From assembly GCA_000437355.1 (NCBI GenBank), contig FR899775.1, forward strand, positions 32,523 to 96,522: a DNA stretch of 64,000 nt, written 5' to 3'. The position numbers and the translations under genes were made by a program. The notes beneath the pieces were generated by a model, which saw nothing but the letters and a program-made list of their open reading frames with translations, was not told where the DNA came from and did not search any database. The DNA comes from Firmicutes bacterium CAG:460 (lineage in GTDB: Bacteria > Bacillota_I > Bacilli_A > RF39 > UBA660). Below, piece by piece: positions 1-10,273 of this stretch (the stretch's first letter is position 1; each line of letters starts with the position of its first letter).

Positions 1-56
1 GAATGCCACGAATTAGAGTAAGTGAAATTCTAGTTGGAGGTGAAAAAAGTGAATAA
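1..56 (+). CDS. 3' end of a TldD/PmbA-family gene (5' part lies outside the window)
   Basis: Frame 3 reads [17 protein letters not shown] followed by TAA at 54-56. The RVSE-LVGG tail resembles the conserved C-terminus of TldD/PmbA proteins. The next gene belongs to the same family, and these genes usually come in pairs. The fragment is too short to be sure. Confidence 0.4.
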   Translation, partial: MPRIRVSEILVGGEKSE

Positions 57-1308
57 TTTAATAGCTAAAGGTAAAGAAAGAAATATTGATATTGAAATAT
101 TTAAAACCAGAAATAAATGTACTGATATAAATTCAATGAATGATACTATAAAATTATTTCAAATAAGTGATATTACAAGATATAAAATAAAAGCTATTAA
201 AAATGGTAAGTGTATTGAAATAGTTACAGAAAGTTTAAAAAATACTAATGAACTATTAGATGCTCTTGAAGACATTTTTTCACTACAAGAAAATGAAAAT
301 AAGAATAGTTTTTGTAAGAATAATTTAGTTGAAAAAGCTGAAAATAGAGAAGAAATAGATATTGAAAAAATAAAGAATGATTTATTATCATTAAATGATT
401 TGAAGAAAGAATATCCATGTATTAAAAGTATTGAAGGAAGTTATTCATATTATGAAAAGGAAAGAAAAATAAAAAATGATGATTATAATATGGAAGATAG
501 TTCGTATTTTAATGCTTATGGCGCATCAATTACTGTTAGTAAAAATGATGTAACTAGGGTATTATATCTAGGATATTTTACTAAGAATTATGACTTTTTA
601 GAATTTAAAAATTATTTATTAAAAAGACTTAATAATGTATTAATTAAATTAGATAGTAGTTCCTTAAAAACTGATAAATATAAAGTATTACTAACAAATG
701 AAGTTGTTACAAGCATCCTTAGTACATTTGTGGATTCTTTTAATAGCAAGAAAATATATCTAAATGAGTCAGTATTTACTGATAAATTCAATAAAAAGAT
801 ATTTAGTGATAAGATAAATATTGTTGAAGACTCTAGAAATGGTATTGAAACAGAATATTTTGATAGTGAAGGAACTATTAAAGAATTTCAAAGTATTGTT
901 AAAGATGGTAAATTTATAAAAGAAATAAATAATTTAGAGTATGCTTTATTAACTAAAAAAGATGCTACTGGAAATGCCAATGGTGTTAATAATTTATATA
1001 TTGTTCCCGGGAATAATTCTTATGAAGAATTAGTTAAAAAACTAGATAATGGAGTTATTATAGATGAAGCATATGGTTTTCATGCTGGTGTTGATACGAA
1101 AACTGGTATAATTTCTGTTCAAGCTGATGGTTTAAAAGTTGAAAATGGAGTTATTACTAAGGGACTTAATATGATTATATTATCTACAAATATATTTGAA
1201 GTATTTAGTAATGTTTTAGAAGTTGGTAATGATTTATCAAAAGATAATTTAAATATTAGTGCACCATCATTATTACTTGAAAATATTACTATTGCTGGAA
1301 AGGAGTAA
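49..1308 (+). CDS. PmbA/TldD-family metalloprotease homolog
   Basis: ORF 34..1308. The C-terminal region ([34 protein letters not shown]) is typical of the PmbA/TldD fold. The start is uncertain (TTG 34, GTG 40 or GTG 49). GTG 49 lies 8 nt after GGAGG at 36-40. Confidence 0.7.
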   Translation: MNNLIAKGKERNIDIEIFKTRNKCTDINSMNDTIKLFQISDITRYKIKAIKNGKCIEIVTESLKNTNELLDALEDIFSLQENENKNSFCKNNLVEKAENREEIDIEKIKNDLLSLNDLKKEYPCIKSIEGSYSYYEKERKIKNDDYNMEDSSYFNAYGASITVSKNDVTRVLYLGYFTKNYDFLEFKNYLLKRLNNVLIKLDSSSLKTDKYKVLLTNEVVTSILSTFVDSFNSKKIYLNESVFTDKFNKKIFSDKINIVEDSRNGIETEYFDSEGTIKEFQSIVKDGKFIKEINNLEYALLTKKDATGNANGVNNLYIVPGNNSYEELVKKLDNGVIIDEAYGFHAGVDTKTGIISVQADGLKVENGVITKGLNMIILSTNIFEVFSNVLEVGNDLSKDNLNISAPSLLLENITIAGKE

Positions 1309-1312
1309 AGTT

Positions 1313-2440
1313 ATGAATAAAAAAGATTATTATGAAATACTTGGAGTAAGTAAAACTGCTACTGATGAAGAAATAAAAAGAGCTTTTAGAAAGCTTGCTA
1401 AACAATATCATCCTGATATAAATAAAGAACCAGGAGCTGAAGAAAAGTTTAAAGAAATTGGTGAAGCTTATGCAGTATTATCGGATGCTACAAAGAGACG
1501 TCAATATGATCAATTTGGTCATGCAGCTTTCCAAAATGGAGGAACTGGTGGTGATTCAGGTTTTCAAGGTTTTGATATGGGAGATATTGACCTTGGTGAT
1601 ATTTTGGGAGATTTATTTGGGGGCGGATTTTCAAGTTTCTCTGGATTTGGAAAAAGTTCTAGGTCTAGTTCGAGAGCCACAAAAGGACAAGATGTTCGTG
1701 TTGTGTTAAATTTAACATTTGAAGAAGCAGCTTTTGGCTGTGAAAAAGATGTAAAATTAAATTTAACTAGTGAATGTTCTAGATGTAAAGGAAAAGGCGG
1801 TTTTAACGAAACTACATGTCGTACTTGTGGTGGTGCTGGAAAAGTATTAGAACAAGCTCAAACTATTTTTGGTTACATGCAAACTCAAAAAACATGTCCA
1901 AATTGTCGTGGTGTTGGTAAAACTTATGAAACAACTTGTGATGATTGTCATGGTAAAGGCGTTGTTGAAAAAGTTAAGACATTAACTGTAACCATTCCAG
2001 AAGGTGTCGATGAAGGATATCAATTAAGACTTAGTGGTAAAGGAAATGCTGGAGTTAATGGTGGCCCCAATGGCGATGTTTTCTTAGAATTTAAAATTAA
2101 AGAACATCCACTATTTGAAAGAGATGGTGCTGATATTTACTTGGAAGTTCCTGTTACTATTACTGATGCTATTTTAGGATGTAAAAAAGAAATACCTACT
2201 CTTTATGGTAACATTATTTTAGAAATAAAACCCGGTACTCAAAACTATACAAAATTAAAAATTAAAGGTAAAGGTATTAAATTACCAAATAAAATTGGTA
2301 AAGGAGATATGTATGCAGTTGTAAATATTATTACTCCGACTAAATTAGATAGAAAACAAAAAGCATTATTACAAGATTTAGCTAAAACTGACCTTGAGGA
2401 TGCTCCAGAATTTAAGAATTTTAAAAAATATATGAAATAA
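1313..2440 (+). CDS. dnaJ: Molecular chaperone DnaJ (type I: J domain, G/F region, four CxxCxGxG zinc-finger repeats)
   Basis: [12 protein letters not shown]...[10 protein letters not shown] (HPD motif), a Gly/Phe-rich linker, and CSRCKGKG / CRTCGGAG / CPNCRGVG / [11 protein letters not shown] 1313 is preceded by GGAG. The tracked ORF start at 1259 is upstream read-through. Confidence 0.95.
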   Translation: MNKKDYYEILGVSKTATDEEIKRAFRKLAKQYHPDINKEPGAEEKFKEIGEAYAVLSDATKRRQYDQFGHAAFQNGGTGGDSGFQGFDMGDIDLGDILGDLFGGGFSSFSGFGKSSRSSSRATKGQDVRVVLNLTFEEAAFGCEKDVKLNLTSECSRCKGKGGFNETTCRTCGGAGKVLEQAQTIFGYMQTQKTCPNCRGVGKTYETTCDDCHGKGVVEKVKTLTVTIPEGVDEGYQLRLSGKGNAGVNGGPNGDVFLEFKIKEHPLFERDGADIYLEVPVTITDAILGCKKEIPTLYGNIILEIKPGTQNYTKLKIKGKGIKLPNKIGKGDMYAVVNIITPTKLDRKQKALLQDLAKTDLEDAPEFKNFKKYMK

Positions 2441-2522
2441 GAATTGTAAAATAATTCTTATTTTTTCTATACAATTTTGATTTTAAATGATATAATAAAC
2501 ATATATTAAAAGTAGTGAGGTA

Positions 2523-4052
2523 ATGGATATGGATGAAAAATTCGAAAATGGGGAAAATGTTATGGTTGAAAACATTGCTAGTAAAAGTAATGAAAGAAAA
2601 GAAAAAAAAGGTATAATTGTTGGTATAGTCTTAGCAATAGTTGTTATTGTTGTTGGATGTTTTATTTATGTTAAAATGACTTATACAGCATCAAGTTTCT
2701 TAAATCAAAATTCTAAAAAGATTAATGCTTTTGTAAATGAAGCTTTTGAAGGAATAACATTGAATAAAGATTATTTAGAAAATATCGATGAATATGATAT
2801 TTCTAGTGATGCTAAGTTGAAACTAACAACTAATGCAACTGATTTAAAAAATTTTAATAATCTAGAAATTGGTTTGAAAACAGAAAGTAGTTTAAAAAAT
2901 AATTATGTAAGTTTAGATGTAAATTTAAAACAAGATAAAGCATCTTTAAGGGGTACTATTACAGTTGATAATAATAAGATTTATCTTGATAGTAAAGATT
3001 TACTTGATAAAACATTAACTACAACTAGTGAAGAAAATCTTTTTGGCAGTGTTGAAGATTTAGAAAACACATTAAAATCATTTAGTAGTATTAGTGATTT
3101 AGATGATGCTCTTAATAATTTAGTAAAATACTTATTTGAAGCTTTAAAAGAAGCTGATTTAAGTACTAAATATAATGGCTTAAATGTAGTTTATACTTAT
3201 GAAATTAATGATAATAATAAAGAAAAAATAATTGATAAATTTAAAAGTTTAATAAAAGATGATGAAGTTTTATCTAGTTATTTAGAAGATGATGAATTAA
3301 GCCTTGAAAATGTTAAAATAGTTGTAGAAGTAAGTATTTTTGGTAATAAAATAGAAAACTTTACTATTACTAGTGAAGATATGGAAGTAAAAGGCGTTAG
3401 AACTAAGGGAAATACTTATGAAGTAACAAGTGGTGAAGAAAAATTTAATCTTGAAGTAACAAAAGAAAAAATAGTTATTTCAGGAAATGATGAATATAAT
3501 GAACCATTTAATTTAAAAATTGAAGTTAAAGATAAGAAAATTGAAATGAATTTAAAATCAAGTACTACAGTATTTAATATGACTTTAATTAATAAGAAGA
3601 ATACATCAAATATTAAATTGAATATTGAAGCTGAAGGTTTAAAAGTTGATGGAAATATTGATGTAACAACTGATAATAAAAATAAAAAAGAAGATTTAAC
3701 TGGTAAAATAAATGTTTCTTATAGTGATTATAATATAACTTTAGATATAAGTAGTAAGTCAGAATATGGTAAAAATATTATAAATAAGAAAGATTATAAA
3801 GATGCTGTTGATATAAATGATATTACAGAAAAAGATAGTAATACATTAATGACTAATACAATGGATAAAATTAGTGAATTTAAAGCTTATAAAGCAATTG
3901 AAGATTTACTTAGTTCTTTTAATACCTCTGGGGATGATACTGAAGATGATTTATTGGAAAATACATGTGAAAATATATGCCCAGGTGGTAAAGTATCTGA
4001 TTATGATTTTGGAACTTGTATTTGTGAAGATGGTGAAGAAATTGAAGTTTAA
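2523..4052 (+). CDS. Hypothetical membrane-anchored protein with a Cys-rich C-terminal tail
   Basis: 509-aa ORF with one N-terminal TM helix (GIIVGIVLAIVVIVVGCFIYV) and RBS GTGAGG upstream. It ends in CENICPGGKVSDYDFGTCICEDGEEIEV. I recognise no family. Confidence 0.6.
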   Translation: MDMDEKFENGENVMVENIASKSNERKEKKGIIVGIVLAIVVIVVGCFIYVKMTYTASSFLNQNSKKINAFVNEAFEGITLNKDYLENIDEYDISSDAKLKLTTNATDLKNFNNLEIGLKTESSLKNNYVSLDVNLKQDKASLRGTITVDNNKIYLDSKDLLDKTLTTTSEENLFGSVEDLENTLKSFSSISDLDDALNNLVKYLFEALKEADLSTKYNGLNVVYTYEINDNNKEKIIDKFKSLIKDDEVLSSYLEDDELSLENVKIVVEVSIFGNKIENFTITSEDMEVKGVRTKGNTYEVTSGEEKFNLEVTKEKIVISGNDEYNEPFNLKIEVKDKKIEMNLKSSTTVFNMTLINKKNTSNIKLNIEAEGLKVDGNIDVTTDNKNKKEDLTGKINVSYSDYNITLDISSKSEYGKNIINKKDYKDAVDINDITEKDSNTLMTNTMDKISEFKAYKAIEDLLSSFNTSGDDTEDDLLENTCENICPGGKVSDYDFGTCICEDGEEIEV

Positions 4053-4119
4053 GTGAAATTAAACTTCTTTTTTTGACATAAACATAATCTAGTGTTAAAA
4101 TAATATAGGTGTTAGATAT

Positions 4120-5070
4120 ATGAATGAAGAATTATTGATAATAATTAACTATTGTGATGAAAATATAACTTTATTTAAGGAAAATATTGATAAATTATCA
4201 GAGTTTTTTAAAAATATTGTTATATGTAATAAAGGTAATTTAAATTTAGATATAAATTATCCAGTTTTTAATGGTATTAATTATAATTATTTAGAAAAGA
4301 TAAATGAACATATAAAACTAAATAAATTAGATGTTAAAGCTATTGTTTCTATTGATAATATATTAGAAGTTGCTAGTGATGATATCGCAAAATGTGGTTA
4401 TGAAGCTATAAATACAAAAGATGCTATTATAATGGGTTCAGATGATAGTAAATGTATTAGTAAAAATTTTATAAATAAATTGTTTAATACACTATTTAAT
4501 ACTAATTTTAAGACAGTTTTACCAAATATAAAAGCAATAAATATTGAATTATTAAATAGTCAATTAAATAAAATTACTACTGGTAATAATTATTTGATTA
4601 CTGCCATAAATGAAAATATTTCTCTAAAAGAGGAAGATATTAAAACAATTTGGCGAAAAAACACGATTAAAAAAGAGAAGGGGAGACATAAAGTAATCCC
4701 CTATTTAAAGAATTTAGTTCCTTATATTATTAAATCATTAATACCATATTTAATTAGTTTAGTGTTATTTATGATAATTTTTTATATAAAATCTGATGTA
4801 AATGATTTAAAAGGTATTATATTTGCAAATTTAATATCTGAAGGAGTAGGGATAGTATTACATATTATTATTAACTATCAAAGTATATATAAATATAACT
4901 TAATATCTAGAAATATATTATTTTTATTAAAAAAGATATTTAGAATAATATTATCTTGTTTCTTTATTTATATCTTATATAATTTATTAAATATAAATCT
5001 TTTAATAAGTAAATTAGTAGTAGATTTTATTTTAATGATTGTAATTGCTTTAATATTTACTATAAAATAA
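4120..5070 (+). CDS. Hypothetical membrane protein (soluble N-domain plus about 4 C-terminal TM helices)
   Basis: 316-aa ORF preceded by TAGGTG. The N-terminal half is vaguely glycosyltransferase-like (LLIIINYCDEN...) and the C-terminal third is hydrophobic. Functional assignment is weak. Confidence 0.55.
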   Translation: MNEELLIIINYCDENITLFKENIDKLSEFFKNIVICNKGNLNLDINYPVFNGINYNYLEKINEHIKLNKLDVKAIVSIDNILEVASDDIAKCGYEAINTKDAIIMGSDDSKCISKNFINKLFNTLFNTNFKTVLPNIKAINIELLNSQLNKITTGNNYLITAINENISLKEEDIKTIWRKNTIKKEKGRHKVIPYLKNLVPYIIKSLIPYLISLVLFMIIFYIKSDVNDLKGIIFANLISEGVGIVLHIIINYQSIYKYNLISRNILFLLKKIFRIILSCFFIYILYNLLNINLLISKLVVDFILMIVIALIFTIK

Positions 5071-5074
5071 ATCC

Positions 5075-5105
5075 AAAGTCCCCTATCAATTAAGTAGGGG
5101 ACTTT
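5075..5105. terminator. GC-rich hairpin just after the 316-aa gene
   Basis: AAAGTCCCCTA-tcaattaag-TAGGGGACTTT forms a perfect 11-bp stem. The U-tract is short, so it is terminator-like only. Confidence 0.45.
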
Positions 5106-5534
5106 GCACATATATACGTATACGCGCATATATCCTTATTTATATTATATATAAGGTTATAACACGTGCATAATCATTATATTTATATATAAATAAGGTT
5201 ATAAAATAAAATCCTTAATTCATAGAAAATAAAAAATAATTTTAAATTGAAAAAATTAATTTTTATAAAATTTGAAATCAAATATGTATATTATATGTGT
5301 TTGTTACAAAATGTTATGAAAGAAGTTATAATGTTAGTTAAATTGGATAATTTTACTGATTAATATCTTGGTTATATTTACTAAATAATATATATTATGT
5401 TAACTAAATTATGAGAAAAAATTAATAATAATATTACTATCTGATTTATTATTAATATTAATTATTATAGTTTTATTCTTTTTAAATAAGCTTTTAATAA
5501 TTTCTATAACTAACTTTAGCAAATAAACCTCAGG

Positions 5535-5756
5535 TTATAGAAACCTATCTTTAATATAAGAAATATCTTTGCTAATTTGTTCTAGTAATTTGTTTTGTTT
5601 CTTTAGTTCACCATAAGTTAATAATGGTAATATTGACCTAATTATGGCAATAACTAAAATAATTGCTCCTACAATCATTGCATAATTTATAATTAAATCT
5701 AAATTTATATTATTTAGTTCCATGAGTAACACATCCTTACTTTTAAAGTTTATCAT
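5535..5756 (-). CDS. Small hypothetical membrane protein (73 aa)
   Basis: ORF with one TM helix (IINYAMIVGAIILVIAIIRSILPLL), lying downstream of zupT on the same strand. Confidence 0.4.
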   Translation of the reverse strand: MINFKSKDVLLMELNNINLDLIINYAMIVGAIILVIAIIRSILPLLTYGELKKQNKLLEQISKDISYIKDRFL

Positions 5757-5792
5757 ATAAATTCTTAAAAGTAAATACTCTCCCCCACTCTA

Positions 5793-6551
5793 CTAACTAA
5801 TTAAAACGTTTATAATTACTAAAATTGTTCCACAGAATAAGCCTAGATAAATAAATTTGATTTCTTTATATTTTAAAGCTTTTGGTAACATTTCTTGAAT
5901 AGATAAAGTAATCATAAGACCTGCAACTACTATTAAAACTATACTTATCATTAACTCTGAAACAAACCTTTTTAAGAAAACATATGCAAGTATTGCTCCG
6001 AGTGGTTCGGATAAACCTGATATAAGGGTTGCTTTTATAGCTTTTTTCTTGTTATTTGTAGCATAGTAAATTGGAACTGCAATAGAAATACCTTCAGGAA
6101 TATTATGAAGCATTATGGCAATTGATAATCTTAAACCTAGATTAATACTGTGATAACTACTTAAAAACGTGGCAATACCTTCAGGTAAATTATGTAAAAC
6201 TAAAACAATCATATTAAGAATTCCTAGTTTATAAAGGTCTCCTCCACTCTCTTTTTTTTCTACTAAACTACTTAAATAAGTAATAATAATATAACTAATT
6301 ATAAAAGCTATTATTAAAATAATAAATGTCTTTGAAACACCATAAAAGTTAACTATTTCAAAAAATGATGTTGGTATTAAATCAAAAATACTTATAGATA
6401 TCATTATAGCAATAGAAAAAGAAAGACAAAAACTAATAAATTTGTTTAAGTTTATCTCTTTAATTCTAAAAAATATAGGTATAGCACCGATTAAAGTGGA
6501 TAGACCAGCTAATGTAGATAATATAAGTGGAATTATAATATTTTGCATCAT
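5793..6551 (-). CDS. zupT: ZIP-family zinc transporter
   Basis: 252-aa polytopic protein with the paired ZIP motifs HNLPEGIATF and HNIPEGISIAVP. Confidence 0.85.
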   Translation of the reverse strand: MMQNIIIPLILSTLAGLSTLIGAIPIFFRIKEINLNKFISFCLSFSIAIMISISIFDLIPTSFFEIVNFYGVSKTFIILIIAFIISYIIITYLSSLVEKKESGGDLYKLGILNMIVLVLHNLPEGIATFLSSYHSINLGLRLSIAIMLHNIPEGISIAVPIYYATNNKKKAIKATLISGLSEPLGAILAYVFLKRFVSELMISIVLIVVAGLMITLSIQEMLPKALKYKEIKFIYLGLFCGTILVIINVLIS

Positions 6552-6574
6552 ATCACCACTTAATTATATTCAAG

Positions 6575-7270
6575 TTATCTTACTAAATTTCGTTTTAATT
6601 CCTCATTATGGAAAATTGAATGATCAACAGTTGCTGTTTTCATTGATTTCATAATAGCTCTTTTTTGTGGTGCTAATTTAGCTAAATCTTGCAAAAGAAA
6701 GTTGTAAACTGATAAATAACTGATTACAGGAATTATAGTTATTAAAGAGTCTGCCATAATATCCCAAGTACATTCAGTTAATGATGATTCATACCAAATT
6801 GGTTGTTTCTTATTTATTCTTTCATTTAAAGCTTCCATTACTTTTTCTAATATCTCACATTCAGAAGAAGATAAGAATGGACTCTTAGTGTTTTCTAGTC
6901 TTTTTAATTCATATCTTAAAGCTTTAACAAAAAAGGTATTTTCTCCATCACTATGACATAATAAATTTTCACTAAATAGTAAATTGCCATGTTGAAATAA
7001 TTCTTTTTTATAAACCATTGAAAAGTATAATCTTAAAAGTAAGCTTATAGATGCATTATCCGATATTAAATAATCATTAATATTACTTCCTCTTTTTTTA
7101 ATTGTAGCTTTTTCATATTCTAAAAACGCTTCTAAACTAAATGTTTTTTTAGAAAATCTTCTTTTTAATTCTTCATAAGCATCTTTTTGTAAATCAATAC
7201 TAAATTGATTAGAAAAAATAATAAAAGATAACTCAGACAAGCTAATGTTTTGTATGTTTTTTGTTTTCAT
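6575..7270 (-). CDS. Hypothetical protein (231 aa)
   Basis: Long ORF lying 23 nt upstream of zupT on the same strand. No recognisable motif. Confidence 0.5.
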   Translation of the reverse strand: MKTKNIQNISLSELSFIIFSNQFSIDLQKDAYEELKRRFSKKTFSLEAFLEYEKATIKKRGSNINDYLISDNASISLLLRLYFSMVYKKELFQHGNLLFSENLLCHSDGENTFFVKALRYELKRLENTKSPFLSSSECEILEKVMEALNERINKKQPIWYESSLTECTWDIMADSLITIIPVISYLSVYNFLLQDLAKLAPQKRAIMKSMKTATVDHSIFHNEELKRNLVR

Positions 7271-7313
7271 AAATGTCTCACTGTCTATATAGTATCACAT
7301 AGTTTATTAAAAA

Positions 7314-7931
7314 TCAAATTAAACTAATAAAATATTTAAATAATTTATCTTGATCTATATCATCCATGTCTTCTGGATGCCATTGAACTCCGAATATAAA
7401 TTTATATCCAATTAAACTTATCGCTTCAATAATACCATCATCACTTCTTGCTTCAACTTTAAAGAAATTTTCATTTATAATTGTATCATGATGTCTGCTG
7501 TTAACGTAGATTTTCTTTTTACCAATTATATCTTTTAAAATGCCATCATATATAGTTATTTCATGAACATATTCTTTATCTGGAACGTAATGATTTATAT
7601 TACTATCAACTTTTATAGTGTGGTCCATAAAGGTATTAGCATTAGCAATTGCTTGCATTCCTGCACATATTCCTAGTAATGGTTTATTGTGTTTCATAGC
7701 ATGTTTTAATACTTTTACATCAACATCATTCCAAGTAGTTCCTCCGGGAATAATGAAGGCATCACAAGTATCAAGGTAATAATTAATATTATCAATACTT
7801 GGAATTATAATGGGTAATACATTAAATTGTTCTATTTTTTTTATTAATGAATGTGGTATTTTTTCTATTTCTAAACCAATTTCATTAATTAATATTCTTG
7901 TTGTAACACCAATTTTTATCAAATTTATCAC
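7314..7931 (-). CDS. Class I glutamine amidotransferase / gamma-glutamyl hydrolase (peptidase C26-like)
   Basis: Nucleophile elbow LLGICAGMQ and a C-terminal GVQWHPE motif. Confidence 0.8.
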   Translation of the reverse strand: MINLIKIGVTTRILINEIGLEIEKIPHSLIKKIEQFNVLPIIIPSIDNINYYLDTCDAFIIPGGTTWNDVDVKVLKHAMKHNKPLLGICAGMQAIANANTFMDHTIKVDSNINHYVPDKEYVHEITIYDGILKDIIGKKKIYVNSRHHDTIINENFFKVEARSDDGIIEAISLIGYKFIFGVQWHPEDMDDIDQDKLFKYFISLI

Positions 7932-8001
7932 TTCCTTAATTTACCATAAAATATATGATTAAAAATTTATATTTGTTACATAATAATAGTGGGAGGTAAA
8001 C

Positions 8002-8112
8002 ATGAGCAAAAATAAAGAAAACGCAAGAAGTAGAGCTAAAAAGACAGCTAAAGCTTCTAGCCGTGCAAGATCAAGTGCACGTAACGATGCAAGAAACGAA
8101 AACTCTAGATAG
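8002..8112 (+). CDS. Unannotated small basic protein (36 aa)
   Basis: ATG 8002 lies 5 nt after GGGAGG (7991-7996). It reads MSKNKENARSRAKKTAKASSRARSSARNDARNENSR and ends at TAG 8110-8112. An intrinsic terminator follows. The ORF is below the length cutoff of the ORF track, and the antisense tracked ORF 7959..8150 is a shadow of it. Confidence 0.45.
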   Translation: MSKNKENARSRAKKTAKASSRARSSARNDARNENSR

Positions 8113-8115
8113 TTT

Positions 8116-9006
8116 TTAGAAATGTGCATGAGGGTGATTGTTATAATCATCCTTTATTTTTTTGTTTTGTAAATGAGAATATATTTCTGTTGTTTCTAAA
8201 TTTTCGTGTCCAAGTAATTCTTGAATAACTCTTAGGTCAGCTCCATTATTAAGTAAGTTTGATGCAAAAGAATGTCTTAATGTATGAGGACTTATTTCTT
8301 TGGTTATTCCAGCTTTATTAGCTAGATTTTTTAATATTTTAAATATCATCTGACGACTTATTTTTTCACCATTTTTATTTAAAAACACGTAATTACATGT
8401 CTCATTTTTTATTAAAAAAGGTCTATAATTATTAATATAGTTATCTAAAGCTTCAATAGCAACATCATCTAGAGGAATAATTCTCTCTTTTTTACCCTTC
8501 CCCACAACTCTAATAATGCACTCTTCAAAATCTATTTGATTTAATTCTAAATTAATTACTTCACTAATTCTGGCCCCAGTTGCATACATTACTTCTAAAA
8601 TAGCTTTATTTCTATAATCAACTGGTTTAGTTAATCTTATATTAAATAATTTGGCTATTTCTTCATTAGTTAAGTATGTTGGAAGTTTTTTTTCTAATTT
8701 TGGAGCTTTTATTCCATCACAAGGATTACTTTTTATTTTATCCATAAATAATAAATACTTGTAAAATGAATTAAAAACTGTTAAGTAATGAGCTTTTGTT
8801 CTAGCAGTAGCTTCAACATTATCTAAAAAATCTTTTATATCTTCTTTTTTTAAACTAATTAAATCTTTATTAGTGTAATTTTTTAATAATAAAAGGTTTT
8901 CTCCGTAAGAATCAACGGTGTTAACAGATACTCTTCTTTCATATTTTAAATATTCTAAAAAGTCTTTTGTACTTCCATCTGTTATATTACTTATAATATT
9001 TCGCAA
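8116..9006 (-). CDS. xerD: Tyrosine recombinase, XerD-like
   Basis: ARISEV...(R), HTLRHSFASNLLNNGADLRVIQELLGHENLETTEIYSH (the H-x-x-R ... H ... Y catalytic signature) and an N-terminal SAM-like domain (VNTVDSY). Assigning XerD rather than XerC is tentative. Confidence 0.8.
   Translation of the reverse strand: MRNIISNITDGSTKDFLEYLKYERRVSVNTVDSYGENLLLLKNYTNKDLISLKKEDIKDFLDNVEATARTKAHYLTVFNSFYKYLLFMDKIKSNPCDGIKAPKLEKKLPTYLTNEEIAKLFNIRLTKPVDYRNKAILEVMYATGARISEVINLELNQIDFEECIIRVVGKGKKERIIPLDDVAIEALDNYINNYRPFLIKNETCNYVFLNKNGEKISRQMIFKILKNLANKAGITKEISPHTLRHSFASNLLNNGADLRVIQELLGHENLETTEIYSHLQNKKIKDDYNNHPHAHF
8131..8163 (+). terminator. Intrinsic terminator for the small ORF, embedded in the 3' coding end of the convergent xerD-like gene
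   Basis: AGGGTGATT-gttat-AATCATCCT forms 9 bp including one G-U pair, followed by TTATTTTTTT. Confidence 0.4.
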
Positions 9007-9079
9007 TTTTTATCACCTAATTTCTAAATATATTGTATCAAAAAAATAGAAAATGTGCTATAATTATTTACGTGATATT

Positions 9080-10273
9080 ATGGAAATTTTAGCAGATAAA
9101 TTAAGACCTAAAAAAATAGATGACATTATTGGTCAAAAACATTTAGTTGGTGAAGGAAAAATACTTACTAATCTTGTAAAAAACAAGAAACTTTTTTCAA
9201 TGATTTTCTATGGAAAACCAGGTATTGGAAAAACTAGTATTGCTACTGCTTTAGTTAGTGAACTTGAAATGCATTATAAGTTTTTAAATGCTACAGTTAA
9301 TAATAAAAGTGATTTTGATACAGCGATTATGGAAGCTAAAATGTATGGAGATATGGTTTTAATAATTGATGAAATTCATAGAATGAATAAAGATAAACAA
9401 GATTTATTACTTCCTTATATTGAAAATGGAACAATTATTCTAATCGGTCTTACTACATCTAATCCATATCATAAAATTAATCCTGCTATTAGAAGTAGAT
9501 GTCAAATATTTGAATTACATGAACTATCTAAAGAAGATATTATTGATGGTTTAAATAAAGCATTACCAAAACTTGATAATATTAAAATTGATAAAGATGC
9601 TATAGATTATGTTGCTAATCTTGCTAGTGGAGATATGCGTTTTGCTTTAAATCTACTTGAAGTTGCATATTACTCTAGTGATAAGAAAATAACTTTAGAA
9701 GATATTAAAAAGATTAATAATAAACCAGTATTTTTTCATGATAAAGATGGTGATGGTCATTATGATGTACTTAGTGCTTTACAAAAATCTATTCGTGGTA
9801 GTGATGTTGATGCGTCCCTTCATTATTTGGCTAGATTAATTGAAGCCGAGGATTTAGATAGTATTTATCGACGTTTAAGCGTTATAGCTTATGAAGATAT
9901 TGGCATGGCTAATCCAGGAATTGGACCAAGAGTTATGGCAGCAATAAGTGCTGCAGAATTAGTTGGATTGCCTGAAGCTCGTATTCCACTCGGACAAATT
10001 GTGGTTGAAATGGCATTATCACCGAAAAGTAATAGCTCTCACCTAGCCTTAGATGAAGCAATAAATGATATTAGAAAAGGAAATACTGGAAATGTTCCTG
10101 ATAATATTAAAACATCAAGTCCGGATTATTTGTATCCACACAATTATCCGAATGACTGGGTTAAACAAAATTATATGCCAAAAAACTTAATTGGAAAAAA
10201 ATATTATCGACCTAAAAATAATAAAATAGAACAAAGTTTAAATAAATTACATGAAGAAATGAGGAATGAATAA
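9080..10273 (+). CDS. rarA: Replication-associated recombination protein A (AAA+ ATPase)
   Basis: LADKLRPKKIDDIIGQKHL, Walker A GKPGIGKTS, Walker B LIIDEIHR, and the MgsA C-terminal domain (HYDVLSALQKSIRGSD). ATG 9080 was chosen because TGcTATAAT at 9056-9064 would leave only a very short leader. Confidence 0.9.
   Translation: MEILADKLRPKKIDDIIGQKHLVGEGKILTNLVKNKKLFSMIFYGKPGIGKTSIATALVSELEMHYKFLNATVNNKSDFDTAIMEAKMYGDMVLIIDEIHRMNKDKQDLLLPYIENGTIILIGLTTSNPYHKINPAIRSRCQIFELHELSKEDIIDGLNKALPKLDNIKIDKDAIDYVANLASGDMRFALNLLEVAYYSSDKKITLEDIKKINNKPVFFHDKDGDGHYDVLSALQKSIRGSDVDASLHYLARLIEAEDLDSIYRRLSVIAYEDIGMANPGIGPRVMAAISAAELVGLPEARIPLGQIVVEMALSPKSNSSHLALDEAINDIRKGNTGNVPDNIKTSSPDYLYPHNYPNDWVKQNYMPKNLIGKKYYRPKNNKIEQSLNKLHEEMRNE

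Noticed and set aside
1458-1709. Tracked ORFs that lie inside or antisense to clearly homologous genes. Examples are 1458..1709, 3874..4056, 6442..6654, 14503..14832, 17703..17891, 20874..21137, 21067..21267, 25928..26161, 35079..35489, 36538..36768, 37160..37459, 39198..39392 and 41549..41818.
   Set aside because: These are shadow ORFs, which are expected in AT-rich DNA opposite Lys/Asn/Ile-rich genes. They have no RBS, low-complexity Leu/Phe/Ser-rich products, and the overlapping genes carry diagnostic motifs.
1313-2440. dnaJ is not preceded by grpE-dnaK.
   Set aside because: The uncoupling of dnaJ from dnaK is seen in various genomes. It is noted only as context for the extra J-domain protein.
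5107-5534. A 430-bp ORF-free, extremely AT-rich intergenic region with short inverted repeats (CCTTAT...ATAAGG) and a repeated TAAGGTTATAA motif. I considered oriC, an att site or a small RNA.
   Set aside because: It has only one partial DnaA-box-like sequence (TTGGATAA), no GC-enriched structured core and no flanking mobile genes. Short AT palindromes are expected by chance at this composition.
8116-9006. Whether the tyrosine recombinase marks a prophage or integrative element.
   Set aside because: It has XerD-like N- and C-terminal motifs, is flanked by housekeeping genes (rarA, gpsA, an amidotransferase), and has no phage genes or direct repeats nearby.
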